The notes beneath the pieces are model-generated. The model was not told the origin of the DNA. It ran no database searches and was given only the letters and a program-made list of their open reading frames with translations. A DNA stretch of 64,000 nucleotides from the IMG/VR virus record IMGVR_UViG_3300035199_000776, one strand, 5' to 3'. The position numbers were made by a program, and so were the translations under genes. This DNA is from an uncultured virus (IMG/VR IMGVR_UViG_3300035199_000776) (taxonomy: Duplodnaviria; Heunggongvirae; Uroviricota; Caudoviricetes). Within the stretch, counting starts at the first letter, position 1, and each line of letters begins with the position of its first letter. This document shows positions 39,572-48,786 of the stretch, in pieces.

Positions 39572-40855
39572 CTAATTTGTCCTATTATATTTGCTACATA
39601 CATATTCCGCGCCGGAACTAATTAGATGATCAAATCCAATTGATTTAAGTTTGTTTCTTTGCATTATAACGTCTTGGTTTAACTGATTTAACTGTGGAGT
39701 GACTTTGTTGCCTATGGCTATTACACCGGGCATCGTGCAATTCACCGCCCCAGAAACACCGCCACCGGATCCAACAATGGCCATTGAGCTATTTGTAACA
39801 GCAGTTACAAACTGCATTTGCTGTAATAAAATGCTGTTAACTAAGGAATTAAGATCAAAAATTGCATCGTTCATCTTATTTAAAGCAATAACCAAGTTGT
39901 CCCCTTTCACCAAAGGCTGAATGTATGGCTTGGATTTACTGAAAGGTGAAATTCCTTCGGATTCAACATCTATATTGCCGGCAATCAGATCAATCCCAAA
40001 TATCATATTATTTCTGTTGTTTAAAGAGTCTCTTTGCTTTACATGTCCGGTAATAATTTTTATTCCTCGGCGGGCTATTATTCTTACGTCGTCGGCTTTT
40101 ATCGCGATTGCTGAACGCAATTCTGCGCGGCCATTACCGTCGCAAAGACCAAAATAGTCATCAATATCAGCACGTTGGGATAAGTATATTCTTGCAGCAT
40201 CACCGGGTTTTGAAGTGTCGGTAAAAGAACCAAAATTATTATCGACATGTTGTTTGGGGTCTATCTTCGCGGCAAACCCATTACGACCAACACAAATATC
40301 TATCGCTGAGGCTCTCGAATCTCCGGAGCCGCCATAACCAGAGGAGGGATCAGCGGGACGATCTCTCCCCATAACAATCCAACTATTTCCTTTCTTAATA
40401 ACTTTTTCGGCCGTAAATAAATTATTAAATTTTGGAACATTTTCTTTTTTTGTAGTATTGTGTATTCCGTTTGTTTCATCCTGGCCGGGGGGGTTTTCTT
40501 TTCGATCTAATTTCTTATCGGCGCCCTGGAGGCCTCCCTGCGCACCAGTTCCGGATCCCGACGGGCCGGTGGCGGCGGCCGTAGCCTCTTTGCTAGCTTG
40601 ACGTGCTGCGGCTTCGAGTTCTTTCTGCGCGCCGGCAGCTTCGGCGGCCGTCGCAGCAGCCGTAGTAGCGTCAACAGCAGTATAAGTTGCCGCCACCATT
40701 TCTAGTTCTTCGGGGGTCATATCATCGCACGGATCGCCACAACGAATCGCCGGATCTTCCGGTGGGGGTGGAGGGCCGGCCGGTGGAATTTCCGGTATTG
40801 ATGAGGTTGGATTAACCTCGGGCAGTGGGGGTCCTAATGGATTATCATTGGGCAT
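39572..40855 (-). CDS. Putative baseplate spike/hub (gp5 C-terminal-like) protein
   Basis: Start moved to ATG 40855; Pro/Ala-rich linker then short beta-strand-like segments (GNSWIVMGRD, ARIYLSQ, SAIAIKADDVRIIARRGIKII); follows the M23 gene. Confidence 0.5.
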   Translation of the reverse strand: MPNDNPLGPPLPEVNPTSSIPEIPPAGPPPPPEDPAIRCGDPCDDMTPEELEMVAATYTAVDATTAAATAAEAAGAQKELEAAARQASKEATAAATGPSGSGTGAQGGLQGADKKLDRKENPPGQDETNGIHNTTKKENVPKFNNLFTAEKVIKKGNSWIVMGRDRPADPSSGYGGSGDSRASAIDICVGRNGFAAKIDPKQHVDNNFGSFTDTSKPGDAARIYLSQRADIDDYFGLCDGNGRAELRSAIAIKADDVRIIARRGIKIITGHVKQRDSLNNRNNMIFGIDLIAGNIDVESEGISPFSKSKPYIQPLVKGDNLVIALNKMNDAIFDLNSLVNSILLQQMQFVTAVTNSSMAIVGSGGGVSGAVNCTMPGVIAIGNKVTPQLNQLNQDVIMQRNKLKSIGFDHLISSGAEYVCSKYNRTN

Positions 40856-40856
40856 A

Positions 40857-42203
40857 TTAAGCAGGTTCCTCGCCCAACAGCAACAGGTGGGCAATCCCTA
40901 CTTGCGCTGGATATCCGTTGCAATGGGGCAAAGAGGTGTTGGGATTCTCAGCTTTTCTGAAGCCAGGAAGCGTTATTGAACTACCGCCGAATCCCATCCA
41001 GTCGCCATGGCCAAACTTGATCTCATAATGTAAATGAGGGCCGGTAGATCCGCCGGAGCCGGGTGCACCTTTTGCACCACCGGTCTTTCCTATAGGATGG
41101 CCGGCTGAAACTAGTTGGCCCGGTTCGACGAAGACTTCGCTTAAATGTAAATATCTAGTATATAAAGCTTGGGGGCTCCCAAAGTTCTCCTGGGCGGCTG
41201 CCGGCAGAGCGGTATTGGGATGATAGATTGATATTAGGCTTAACTGTGTCGAGTCTGGATCGGGTTGGGTGGCCTGCTTCACAATACCGCCGGCCGCCGC
41301 AAAAACATCGGTTCCTGTCCCGGTGCCGAGATCGGTACCTTCGTGGGGTGATTTGGGTTCGTGTGTTAATGGATTTATTCTAGGACAAGCTGCGACAGAA
41401 TTAATAGGAGCAACCGGTGGACAGGGCAATTTTGCATCTGGAAAAAAATCAAGCATTGCATGATAGGCTTTACCGACGTCGGAATGTTTGGTGCCGGCGA
41501 CGGAGGCCGCGTAGTCCGAGATCTCTTCTGGCGGGAGGCCATAAATACCAAGATCATCGCAAAGTCCTGAATTTTCAATGTATCCTTCGTCGCCAAGGAA
41601 AAGGTCCTCCATTATCACGGAGCCGGCTGCTTCGGCGAAAGCGACTTGGGGGCTAACCGGAGGAGCGAAGTTAGGGTTGGGGGAGACGGCGCCCTTTAAT
41701 ATTTTTGCATACATAAAATTTTTATCAGTAAAAATTATCGATACTGGGGAAAGTAAATCAACTAGTTCTAAATTTTCTTGCGAGGGATCAATGAAAGCAA
41801 GAACATGCAACAATGTTAAAGCATCACTGAGTGTTTTGTCGCCAGCTTCGAATGGGTTTGGTAATATTTTATCATGAAGGATGGGGATCCGAACATAACA
41901 AGCCTTCGGAAAAGCTTCCGAATCGCTGCGAAATCGTCCAAATACTCCCCAATTAAGGGCCGCGGCCCGATCTGGATGCAATGGGAAGGCAGCAGTAATA
42001 GCATAACCATCAAAGGGTTGAGATATATCTAGAGCCTTGGCGCGGACTAATTGGCGTATATTAGCACGATAGGGCGCCATACGATCATCTATTAGATCTC
42101 TGGGGTCCATGCTAGGGATGTCCATGTCAAAATTTTCAGTCCCTTGCGATTTGCCCCATGCAAAATTCATTTTTGAAAGTAATTCTTCGATAGCGTTACC
42201 CAT
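40857..42203 (-). CDS. Tail-associated M23 family metallopeptidase (peptidoglycan hydrolase) with gp5-like N-terminal region
   Basis: HEGTDL (HxxxD), YLHLS and STGPHLHYEI (HxH) zinc motifs; N-terminal YVRIPILHD. Confidence 0.85.
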   Translation of the reverse strand: MGNAIEELLSKMNFAWGKSQGTENFDMDIPSMDPRDLIDDRMAPYRANIRQLVRAKALDISQPFDGYAITAAFPLHPDRAAALNWGVFGRFRSDSEAFPKACYVRIPILHDKILPNPFEAGDKTLSDALTLLHVLAFIDPSQENLELVDLLSPVSIIFTDKNFMYAKILKGAVSPNPNFAPPVSPQVAFAEAAGSVIMEDLFLGDEGYIENSGLCDDLGIYGLPPEEISDYAASVAGTKHSDVGKAYHAMLDFFPDAKLPCPPVAPINSVAACPRINPLTHEPKSPHEGTDLGTGTGTDVFAAAGGIVKQATQPDPDSTQLSLISIYHPNTALPAAAQENFGSPQALYTRYLHLSEVFVEPGQLVSAGHPIGKTGGAKGAPGSGGSTGPHLHYEIKFGHGDWMGFGGSSITLPGFRKAENPNTSLPHCNGYPAQVGIAHLLLLGEEPA

Positions 42204-42505
42204 TAGTTATTCTGCTCCTCATTTGAATTTTGTTGTAATAAATCAAAAATTTCTGTTTTATCGTTCTCACTTAAATCGACACTAGTGTTATTTTGTTTCT
42301 GAACAAGAGCGGCAATTTTAACTAATTGTTCATTTGATCTCTGAAGGGTCTCGACATACTTAGCTGCGACGGCGCCTGCATACTTGTGGTTTTCTTCGTT
42401 CTTGGCTAAAAGCCTCATTACGTCGTCAAGAAGTTCTCTCGTAACCTCCCGATCATCTAATATATTTTGGATTGCGTCGTCGATGTGTCTTTGTAAGTCG
42501 CTCAT
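42203..42505 (-). CDS. Small helical hypothetical protein
   Basis: 100 aa, translationally coupled to both neighbours. Confidence 0.65.
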   Translation of the reverse strand: MSDLQRHIDDAIQNILDDREVTRELLDDVMRLLAKNEENHKYAGAVAAKYVETLQRSNEQLVKIAALVQKQNNTSVDLSENDKTEIFDLLQQNSNEEQNN

Positions 42506-43206
42506 ATTTCATCTTCATTCCAATTATGCTTAAAAACACCATATTTGGTTCTTATCTTTTTCAAACTACTAACAATTTGTTTAGTATTTAAGCCGGTTAG
42601 CTCTCTTAGATATAAGTAAATAGCTTTCTTGTTGAAAATTTCTATTTTATCAGACTGTTCAAAGAGTATTTGAATTGCCTGCATAACCTTTTCATCGTTT
42701 GCTTTGTCGCATTCTTCTTCCCAGTCGATCATATTGGCTTTAAGATTGAGCATAAACTCTTCTTGTTCTCTATCTTTAATATAGGTTATGCGAGTTGAGA
42801 GATAATTTAATTCTAGCTCTTTGGGCATCTCGTATATGTCTAATTCGGTTCGATTTCGCTTGCTCTTCTTTTTGACCTGAGCAATGAACCAGTTCTTTGT
42901 AACCACCGTGAAGTAGGTGAAAGCTTTGGCCTTCTCTGGATTGAACTTCTCTAAGATCGTAACCAACCAAATCTTACATTCGGCTCGGAGTGAATCGATG
43001 TTAGGCAAAGTCGTAAAACGATAGGTATATACAATTTTATCGACCATCTCGCTAAAAACGGGGCCGATAAAATCTCTATAAAGTTCAGTTCTTTTACGAA
43101 CATCGTTAGTAGCTACATATTCAAGAATCGCCTTGTCGTGTACCGCCGTAAAATAATTCCGGCTGGAACGGGAGCGTTTGCGTCTCGTTGTTTTCTTCAT
43201 CGTCAT
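42502..43206 (-). CDS. RNA polymerase sigma factor, gp55-like (late transcription)
   Basis: NYFT...AILEY...MVDKIVYTYRF...EKFNPEKAKAFTYFTVVTKNWF sigma region 2 pattern; C-terminal helix-turn-helix-like YLRELTGLNTKQI. Confidence 0.75.
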   Translation of the reverse strand: MTMKKTTRRKRSRSSRNYFTAVHDKAILEYVATNDVRKRTELYRDFIGPVFSEMVDKIVYTYRFTTLPNIDSLRAECKIWLVTILEKFNPEKAKAFTYFTVVTKNWFIAQVKKKSKRNRTELDIYEMPKELELNYLSTRITYIKDREQEEFMLNLKANMIDWEEECDKANDEKVMQAIQILFEQSDKIEIFNKKAIYLYLRELTGLNTKQIVSSLKKIRTKYGVFKHNWNEDEI

Positions 43207-43555
43207 TTATATCATTTTCCTCTGATTCATCTGAATCTCCTTCGTCTGTGGGATCTGTTATGTCCGCAATTTCACCGAATTCTTCGAATCGGTCCACAAG
43301 ATATAGTGAATGTTTCATTAAGCCGCCAAGCGTTTCATCACCATAAAACATTTCCAATTCATTAATGCTCTTTAGGTGAGAGGCAAAACTGATTGCTTCG
43401 TTGTTTATCTTGATAAAAATCTCGGATATTTCGGCAAGTTGTTGTAGTAGGTATCTAACATATAATACCAGAAATACCGCAAAAATGCTAGTAAAAAGAA
43501 AGGCGAGTGTCCAAAAATTGAAAACTATTTCCATACCGCCGATGCTAAGGGTCAT
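43121..43555 (-). CDS. Hypothetical membrane protein
   Basis: N-terminal TM (FWTLAFLFTSIFAVFLVLYV), acidic tail; overlaps the sigma gene start. Confidence 0.6.
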   Translation of the reverse strand: MTLSIGGMEIVFNFWTLAFLFTSIFAVFLVLYVRYLLQQLAEISEIFIKINNEAISFASHLKSINELEMFYGDETLGGLMKHSLYLVDRFEEFGEIADITDPTDEGDSDESEENDINDDEENNETQTLPFQPELFYGGTRQGDS

Positions 43556-43799
43556 TTTTATATTCCTTTTTTAAGTTCTGTTGCTCTTCAAAAATTGATT
43601 GTTTTGTTTCTTTTATGTATTCTTTAACTAGTTGGCCGGCCTTCTGCGGCCCATTTGTTGATTTTGAGAATGGAATAGAAGGAACAATGTGAACCGAGTC
43701 TTCTGAGCACAGTTCACATTGCTCCAACTTTTCCATCATGCCATGAAAGGCTTCATAATATTGTTCACAACTTGAACAATAATATTTATACCTCGGCAT
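43545..43799 (-). CDS. FmdB-family zinc-ribbon protein
   Basis: MPRYKYYCSSC...CELC; start moved to ATG 43799. Confidence 0.8.
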   Translation of the reverse strand: MPRYKYYCSSCEQYYEAFHGMMEKLEQCELCSEDSVHIVPSIPFSKSTNGPQKAGQLVKEYIKETKQSIFEEQQNLKKEYKNDP

Positions 43800-43992
43800 G
43801 GCCATCATCATCAGGCAGGTTATCACCCAGCTTGACGATGGGTGGATTCATAACCATTAGACCGTCCTCAGAAAGCCGTAAGCGAAACCCTTTAAGAACA
43901 GGGACTATGTCTGTCTGTTCTAAAAGTGATCGCTGCAAGGCCATCATAAGGGCTCCTATGGCCTGATCTGATAGATTTATTACGTTACTCAT
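43786..43992 (-). CDS. Small hypothetical protein
   Basis: Start ATG 43992 after AGGAG; 68 aa; coupled to neighbours. Confidence 0.6.
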   Translation of the reverse strand: MSNVINLSDQAIGALMMALQRSLLEQTDIVPVLKGFRLRLSEDGLMVMNPPIVKLGDNLPDDDGHAEV

Positions 43993-44837
43993 TTCTTCTC
44001 CTTTGTTACTGCTCGACCAATAAGATATTCCCAATCTTTCTCCGGTCTAACTTCTAAATTTTTTTGCCAAACGGCCTCTAATAAAGAGGGATTTAAACCA
44101 TTTCTTTTAAATTCATATATTAATGAATTTATATCTTTAGGGAAACATGTTCCCCCAAAGCCTAGTTTTTCATCTGGGCCGGGAACTCTGCAATGCGTTC
44201 CGGCTATTCTGTCATCTAAAGTCAGGCAATCAACCACGTCGTCAAGACCAATCTTCAAATGGTCACACATTTCCTTGATTTCATTAAAAAAAATAACTTT
44301 GGTAGCCAAAAAACAATTAGAAGAGTATTTTATCATCTCGGCTACGGCTGAATCGACTCGCAAAAACTTTGTATCTTTAAAGTGTTCACATTTTTTATAA
44401 ATCTCTTTGACCTTCCGCGAAGAAATCTCATCCCCGCCGCAAATAATTCTTGCCTGTTCCTTAAAATCATTCAAAGCGTTTTTTTCTGTTAAAAACTCTG
44501 GGTTGAAAACAATATCCAAATTTTTAAATTTTTTCGACATATTAGCTGTAGATCCAGGTGGTATGGTAGATTTTATAATTATAAGTAATTTCTTACCAAT
44601 ATCATTTATTTGGGACGCCACTCCTTCTACTATGGAAACATCGCACTCACCCGTTGATTTCATCGGCGTAGGAACGCAGATAAATATACTTTCCACATTA
44701 TTCACAAGATCATCAATACTAGAAAAAGTTGAAAATTTATTAGGATCTATATCATAAACCTCAACATTATGAAAGTCCTTTAAACCCTCATATATCGCTG
44801 ACCCTACAAACCCGAATCCCACAATACCCACATTCAT
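43989..44837 (-). CDS. UDP-glucose/GDP-mannose 6-dehydrogenase family (short form)
   Basis: GIVGFGFVG, ICVPTP, KSTIPPG, FNPEFL, IKYSSN, GFGGTCFPKD. Confidence 0.9.
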   Translation of the reverse strand: MNVGIVGFGFVGSAIYEGLKDFHNVEVYDIDPNKFSTFSSIDDLVNNVESIFICVPTPMKSTGECDVSIVEGVASQINDIGKKLLIIIKSTIPPGSTANMSKKFKNLDIVFNPEFLTEKNALNDFKEQARIICGGDEISSRKVKEIYKKCEHFKDTKFLRVDSAVAEMIKYSSNCFLATKVIFFNEIKEMCDHLKIGLDDVVDCLTLDDRIAGTHCRVPGPDEKLGFGGTCFPKDINSLIYEFKRNGLNPSLLEAVWQKNLEVRPEKDWEYLIGRAVTKEKK

Positions 44838-45676
44838 GTCAAACTTCTCACATATTCCAGTAATTTGTCTGAAGGGGCCCACTTAAGCAGCTTTTTTGTT
44901 TTTGAAATATCAGCCAGAGACACTCTTGACTCGCCCGGGCGAGGTGGGATGTGTTTCTTGGGTGCGCCGAACATATCAGCCAACTCATTTATCGAATGAT
45001 TTGTGCCGGTACCCAAGTTAAAAATCTCTGCGCTCCAGTCTTCACGGCTCATTAACTCCAAGCCCTTGCAAATATCAGAAACATGTGTAAAATCGCGTCT
45101 TTGCTCGCCGTCCCCCACTATCGTTAGTGGATTGCCGCTTTTTCTTTGGTGGGCAAATATAGCCACAACAGGTGTGTATTGGCCTATTAAGGGATTTCTC
45201 GGCCCGTAAACGTTGAAGAACCTAGCTATAGCCGCTTTAATTCCAAAAACTTCCGTGTACATCTTACAGACTTCCTCCCCTTGCCACTTGGTAAAGGAGT
45301 AGGGATTCAGGTAAACACCGCCATAATATGAACTAGAGCCAGCATATATCACCTTGCAGTCGTTTCTCTTAGCATAGTCGCATACAACTGCTGTTCCATA
45401 CCCGTTATTTTCACAAACATATAACGGCATATCAAAGCTTGGCTGGATTCTTGCTTCTGCTGCTAGATGAAAAATTACATCTATATTTTCTTTTAAATCG
45501 GCGCGCAGCGCCTGTTTAAAATCAGCAAATATATATTTGACATCATCGCGGCAATACTCTCTCTTACCAGATGATAAATCATCAATAACTATTATTTTAT
45601 ATTCTAAGCCTCTCAAGTAATCTACTAAGTTGCTTCCTATAAAACCACAACCACCCGTAACTAGTGCTGTTTTCAT
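44834..45676 (-). CDS. NAD-dependent nucleotide-sugar epimerase/dehydratase
   Basis: TGGCGFIG, HLAA, YSFTK (YxxxK), RFFNVYGP, RDFTHV. Confidence 0.9.
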   Translation of the reverse strand: MKTALVTGGCGFIGSNLVDYLRGLEYKIIVIDDLSSGKREYCRDDVKYIFADFKQALRADLKENIDVIFHLAAEARIQPSFDMPLYVCENNGYGTAVVCDYAKRNDCKVIYAGSSSYYGGVYLNPYSFTKWQGEEVCKMYTEVFGIKAAIARFFNVYGPRNPLIGQYTPVVAIFAHQRKSGNPLTIVGDGEQRRDFTHVSDICKGLELMSREDWSAEIFNLGTGTNHSINELADMFGAPKKHIPPRPGESRVSLADISKTKKLLKWAPSDKLLEYVRSLT

Positions 45677-45680
45677 CTTA

Positions 45681-46649
45681 TTATTTTCCTTCTATTTTTT
45701 TTAAATCTGCTTCGAACATCATTCTCGCTAACTCCTTAAAATTAACCTCCGGTTCCCATCCGAGCTTTATTTTAGCCTTTGATGCGTCTCCTAGCAAAAG
45801 AGGAACCTCATGTGGACGGAAGAATTTTGAATCAATCTCAACGTGTTCATCTACACTAAGCCCAGCAAAACCAAATACAATTTCTAGAAATTCTCTAACG
45901 GTATGGGTTTCTCCAGTTGCTATTACATAATCATCTGGAACCTCTTGCTGTAGCATTAGCCACATTATCTTTATATAATCTCCTGCGAACCCCCAATCTC
46001 GTTGCGATTCTAAATTTCCTAAATATAACTTATCTTGTATCCCTAGTTTTATTCTTGCCGCGGCCATGGTTATCTTTCTAGTCACGAATGTCTCACCTCG
46101 CCTTGGTGATTCATGATTGAATAAGATTCCCGACGAAGCATGCAGATTATATGCCGTTCTATAATTTCTAACAATATTATGTGCAAACACCTTGGCACAA
46201 GCGTATGGAGAGGCCGGCCGGAACGCGGTTTTTTCATTTTGAGGAAACTCGGGATTATCACCGAACATTTCAGAAGAAGATGCCTGATAGAGCCTACATT
46301 CGGGCAACGTATTGCGAATGGCCTCTAGTATCCTTAAAGTTCCTAATGCAATACCATCTACTGTATTCTCTGGGACGTCGAAGGACACTCGGACATGAGA
46401 TTGTGCGGCTAAATTATAAATTTCATCAGGTTTGTATTTGTTTAATAGTCTATACATTGTGCCTGGATCGCTTAAATCAAAGTATTCCATTATAAAATTC
46501 GGATGGCCATATATACTGTCTATTCTTTCGGTGCAAATTAAAGAAGTTCTTCTCTTACACCCCACGACGTGATACCCCTTTTCCAGCAGAAATTCGGCTA
46601 AATATGATCCATCTTGTCCAGTAACCCCAGTTATCAAGGCAGTCTTCAT
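45681..46649 (-). CDS. gmd: GDP-mannose 4,6-dehydratase
   Basis: [51 protein letters not shown]. Confidence 0.95.
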   Translation of the reverse strand: MKTALITGVTGQDGSYLAEFLLEKGYHVVGCKRRTSLICTERIDSIYGHPNFIMEYFDLSDPGTMYRLLNKYKPDEIYNLAAQSHVRVSFDVPENTVDGIALGTLRILEAIRNTLPECRLYQASSSEMFGDNPEFPQNEKTAFRPASPYACAKVFAHNIVRNYRTAYNLHASSGILFNHESPRRGETFVTRKITMAAARIKLGIQDKLYLGNLESQRDWGFAGDYIKIMWLMLQQEVPDDYVIATGETHTVREFLEIVFGFAGLSVDEHVEIDSKFFRPHEVPLLLGDASKAKIKLGWEPEVNFKELARMMFEADLKKIEGK

Positions 46650-47584
46650 TTTACACCTCTTACATTCGGATAGCTTTTCATAAACCACGAGCACGTTCTT
46701 TTTAAGCCCTCATCTAAAGAAGTATAGGCCGCGTTTTCCCAGCCCAAATTAAGTAATCTTCTATTACTACTAGGCTTTTTGTGCTGGCCTGACGATTTAC
46801 TCACATTCCAAAGTATTTTTCCATCGTATTGCAGAAATCTACAAAGTGTCTCTGCGACGCGCTTAATGGAATATTCTTTAGTATTACCTATATTTATTGG
46901 CCATTCGTCATCATAATTTTCCAATAAAAACAGAATAATTTTAGCTATATCGTTTGAGTGTGTAAACTCTCTTAAGGGAGAACCATCGCCCCAGCATTCC
47001 ACAGAGGGCTCGTTATTTAACTTAGCTTCCCATATTTTTCTCATCAAAGCTGGTACCACATGACTATTTTCTAAATCAAAGTTGTCATCCTTACCATAAA
47101 GATTATTAGGAATTGCAGTTATAAAATTACAATTATATTGCATGCGGTAAACTCTCGATTGTACATCTAACATTCTTTTGGCGTATGCATAACCAAAATT
47201 ACTAGTATGCGGCGGGCCGGCATGGATCTGATCTTCCGTTAGAGGATATCTAGCGTTATCAGGATAAACACATGTTGATAACAAAGAAACTACTTTCTGA
47301 ACGTCATGTTTGAAAGATGAAGATAAGATGTTAGTATTTATTTTAATATTTTGTAAATAAAAGTCTGCAATATAGTCGGTATTTGCCTTTACTCCGCCCA
47401 CGCGAGCGGCTAGATGTATTACTATATCTGGTTTTATTCCCTTTAGCGCTTTGTCTGATTGGCTAGGCTCGGTTAGATCAAAGTCATTGGAAGAAATATA
47501 CAAAGCTTTAGGCAAAAGTTCGCGAAATGAACCACCCAACATGCCGGTGCCTCCCGTTATTAAAATTTTCTTATCATTTAACAT
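46646..47584 (-). CDS. fcl: GDP-L-fucose synthase / GDP-colitose synthase-like epimerase-reductase
   Basis: [45 protein letters not shown]. Confidence 0.85.
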   Translation of the reverse strand: MLNDKKILITGGTGMLGGSFRELLPKALYISSNDFDLTEPSQSDKALKGIKPDIVIHLAARVGGVKANTDYIADFYLQNIKINTNILSSSFKHDVQKVVSLLSTCVYPDNARYPLTEDQIHAGPPHTSNFGYAYAKRMLDVQSRVYRMQYNCNFITAIPNNLYGKDDNFDLENSHVVPALMRKIWEAKLNNEPSVECWGDGSPLREFTHSNDIAKIILFLLENYDDEWPINIGNTKEYSIKRVAETLCRFLQYDGKILWNVSKSSGQHKKPSSNRRLLNLGWENAAYTSLDEGLKRTCSWFMKSYPNVRGVK

Positions 47585-47599
47585 TTTTGTTGTACCATT

Positions 47600-47628
47600 A
47601 TAATAACCTTTTTTTGTGAAAAAAGCAA
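47600..47628 (-). promoter_or_regulatory. Sigma70-like promoter TTGCTT-N17-TATTAT (overlapping TATAAT)
   Basis: Fills the only sizeable gap in the glycan cluster, upstream of fcl-gmd. Confidence 0.55.
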
Positions 47629-47630
47629 GC

Positions 47631-48212
47631 TTATTTGGGAAGATATTTTTTTATACCCTCTTCCCATCCTTGGGTTGTGTTCCAACCATGGATCCATTCC
47701 CTAGGATGATCATTCGGTAGGCCCGATTCATCATCATAAGTCATTTCAAATAATTTTCTTTTTTCTTCGGATAGTATAAGTGGATTATCGTGTTTAATAG
47801 GGTCAAAAATCCATAATTTATCTAGATTGTTGGTCACAGTGGCGGCCCTCAAGACTTCTCGATGAACTTGTATGTGGTGTAAATGCCCGTACTCTCCCCT
47901 CTTATTGTGAGTTAAAATTCTATCCCATCTTTTACTTTTTATCTTATTTAAAATAGGTGTATAAATATCCCCGTCTATCCAAGAATAATAGCCTGTGTCT
48001 TTGAAACTCAACATTTGAGTAGAGACATCCAAATATTCCCTGATTTTATTTTTAAATATGGGTATCCGAAAAAGACTCTGATTGTCGGGAGTAACGATGC
48101 AAAGAATCTCCCACTGTCCCCTCTCTTTTAGTAGTGTTTCACCGGCCCAAATTACTTCATCATCAGCGTGCGCGGTTATTAAAAGCCTATTGATTTCACG
48201 TTTGCTCATCAT
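47631..48212 (-). CDS. PIG-L/LmbE-family N-deacetylase
   Basis: TAHADDE and THNKRGEYGHLHH metal-binding motifs. Confidence 0.8.
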   Translation of the reverse strand: MMSKREINRLLITAHADDEVIWAGETLLKERGQWEILCIVTPDNQSLFRIPIFKNKIREYLDVSTQMLSFKDTGYYSWIDGDIYTPILNKIKSKRWDRILTHNKRGEYGHLHHIQVHREVLRAATVTNNLDKLWIFDPIKHDNPLILSEEKRKLFEMTYDDESGLPNDHPREWIHGWNTTQGWEEGIKKYLPK

Positions 48213-48786
48213 CGACCTTCTTTTGCAAAAATCTAATATCCCAAATCGTACCACTTCTAGGGCACTCTATTGTCTCTTTTTCACTAAAGCCTTGAAAAGT
48301 TATTCCGTTAAAGTTAGAATAAATATATTTGTCAAAATTAATCTCATATTTCTTTTCTCTCTCGACCCTATCCGAATGAAGAATGTAGATTCCTTGCGGT
48401 TTCAATAACTCCAATACATTCTTAATATATTCTTCCTGTTCATCCTGGGGGAAGCTAATCCCATTCCATCCTAACACGCCAATATCTAGAATTACATCGA
48501 ACATCTCTTTGTTGTTTGGATATTTTTCCATACATTCTTGGACCGTGCAGTGAAAAAATCCATCATTTGATGTTGATTTTCTATTTGGTTCTAATTGCCA
48601 ATATTCCACTTCGTCGTTATCTAGCAAGTATTTGCAAACAGTATTATAATTCTCAACCCCTAAGTCCAAAACTCTGGGGTTAGCGTTGCCTTTTAAATGA
48701 AGGCCAACCTTCCTATAAACTTCTAACAAAAACTTTCGATCTGTAACTTGGTACCACCAAGCTGCGTACTGTCCTATCGATCTCAT
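48196..48786 (-). CDS. Class I SAM-dependent methyltransferase
   Basis: RVLDLG, FDVILD, LLKPQG motifs. Confidence 0.75.
   Translation of the reverse strand: MRSIGQYAAWWYQVTDRKFLLEVYRKVGLHLKGNANPRVLDLGVENYNTVCKYLLDNDEVEYWQLEPNRKSTSNDGFFHCTVQECMEKYPNNKEMFDVILDIGVLGWNGISFPQDEQEEYIKNVLELLKPQGIYILHSDRVEREKKYEINFDKYIYSNFNGITFQGFSEKETIECPRSGTIWDIRFLQKKVDDEQT

Noticed and set aside
29423..42203. Bacterial T6SS/eCIS/tailocin locus or host O-antigen locus
   Set aside because: It is linked to phage primase, RuvC-like, gp46/47-like and gp55-like genes, and no cellular housekeeping or export genes appear in the window.
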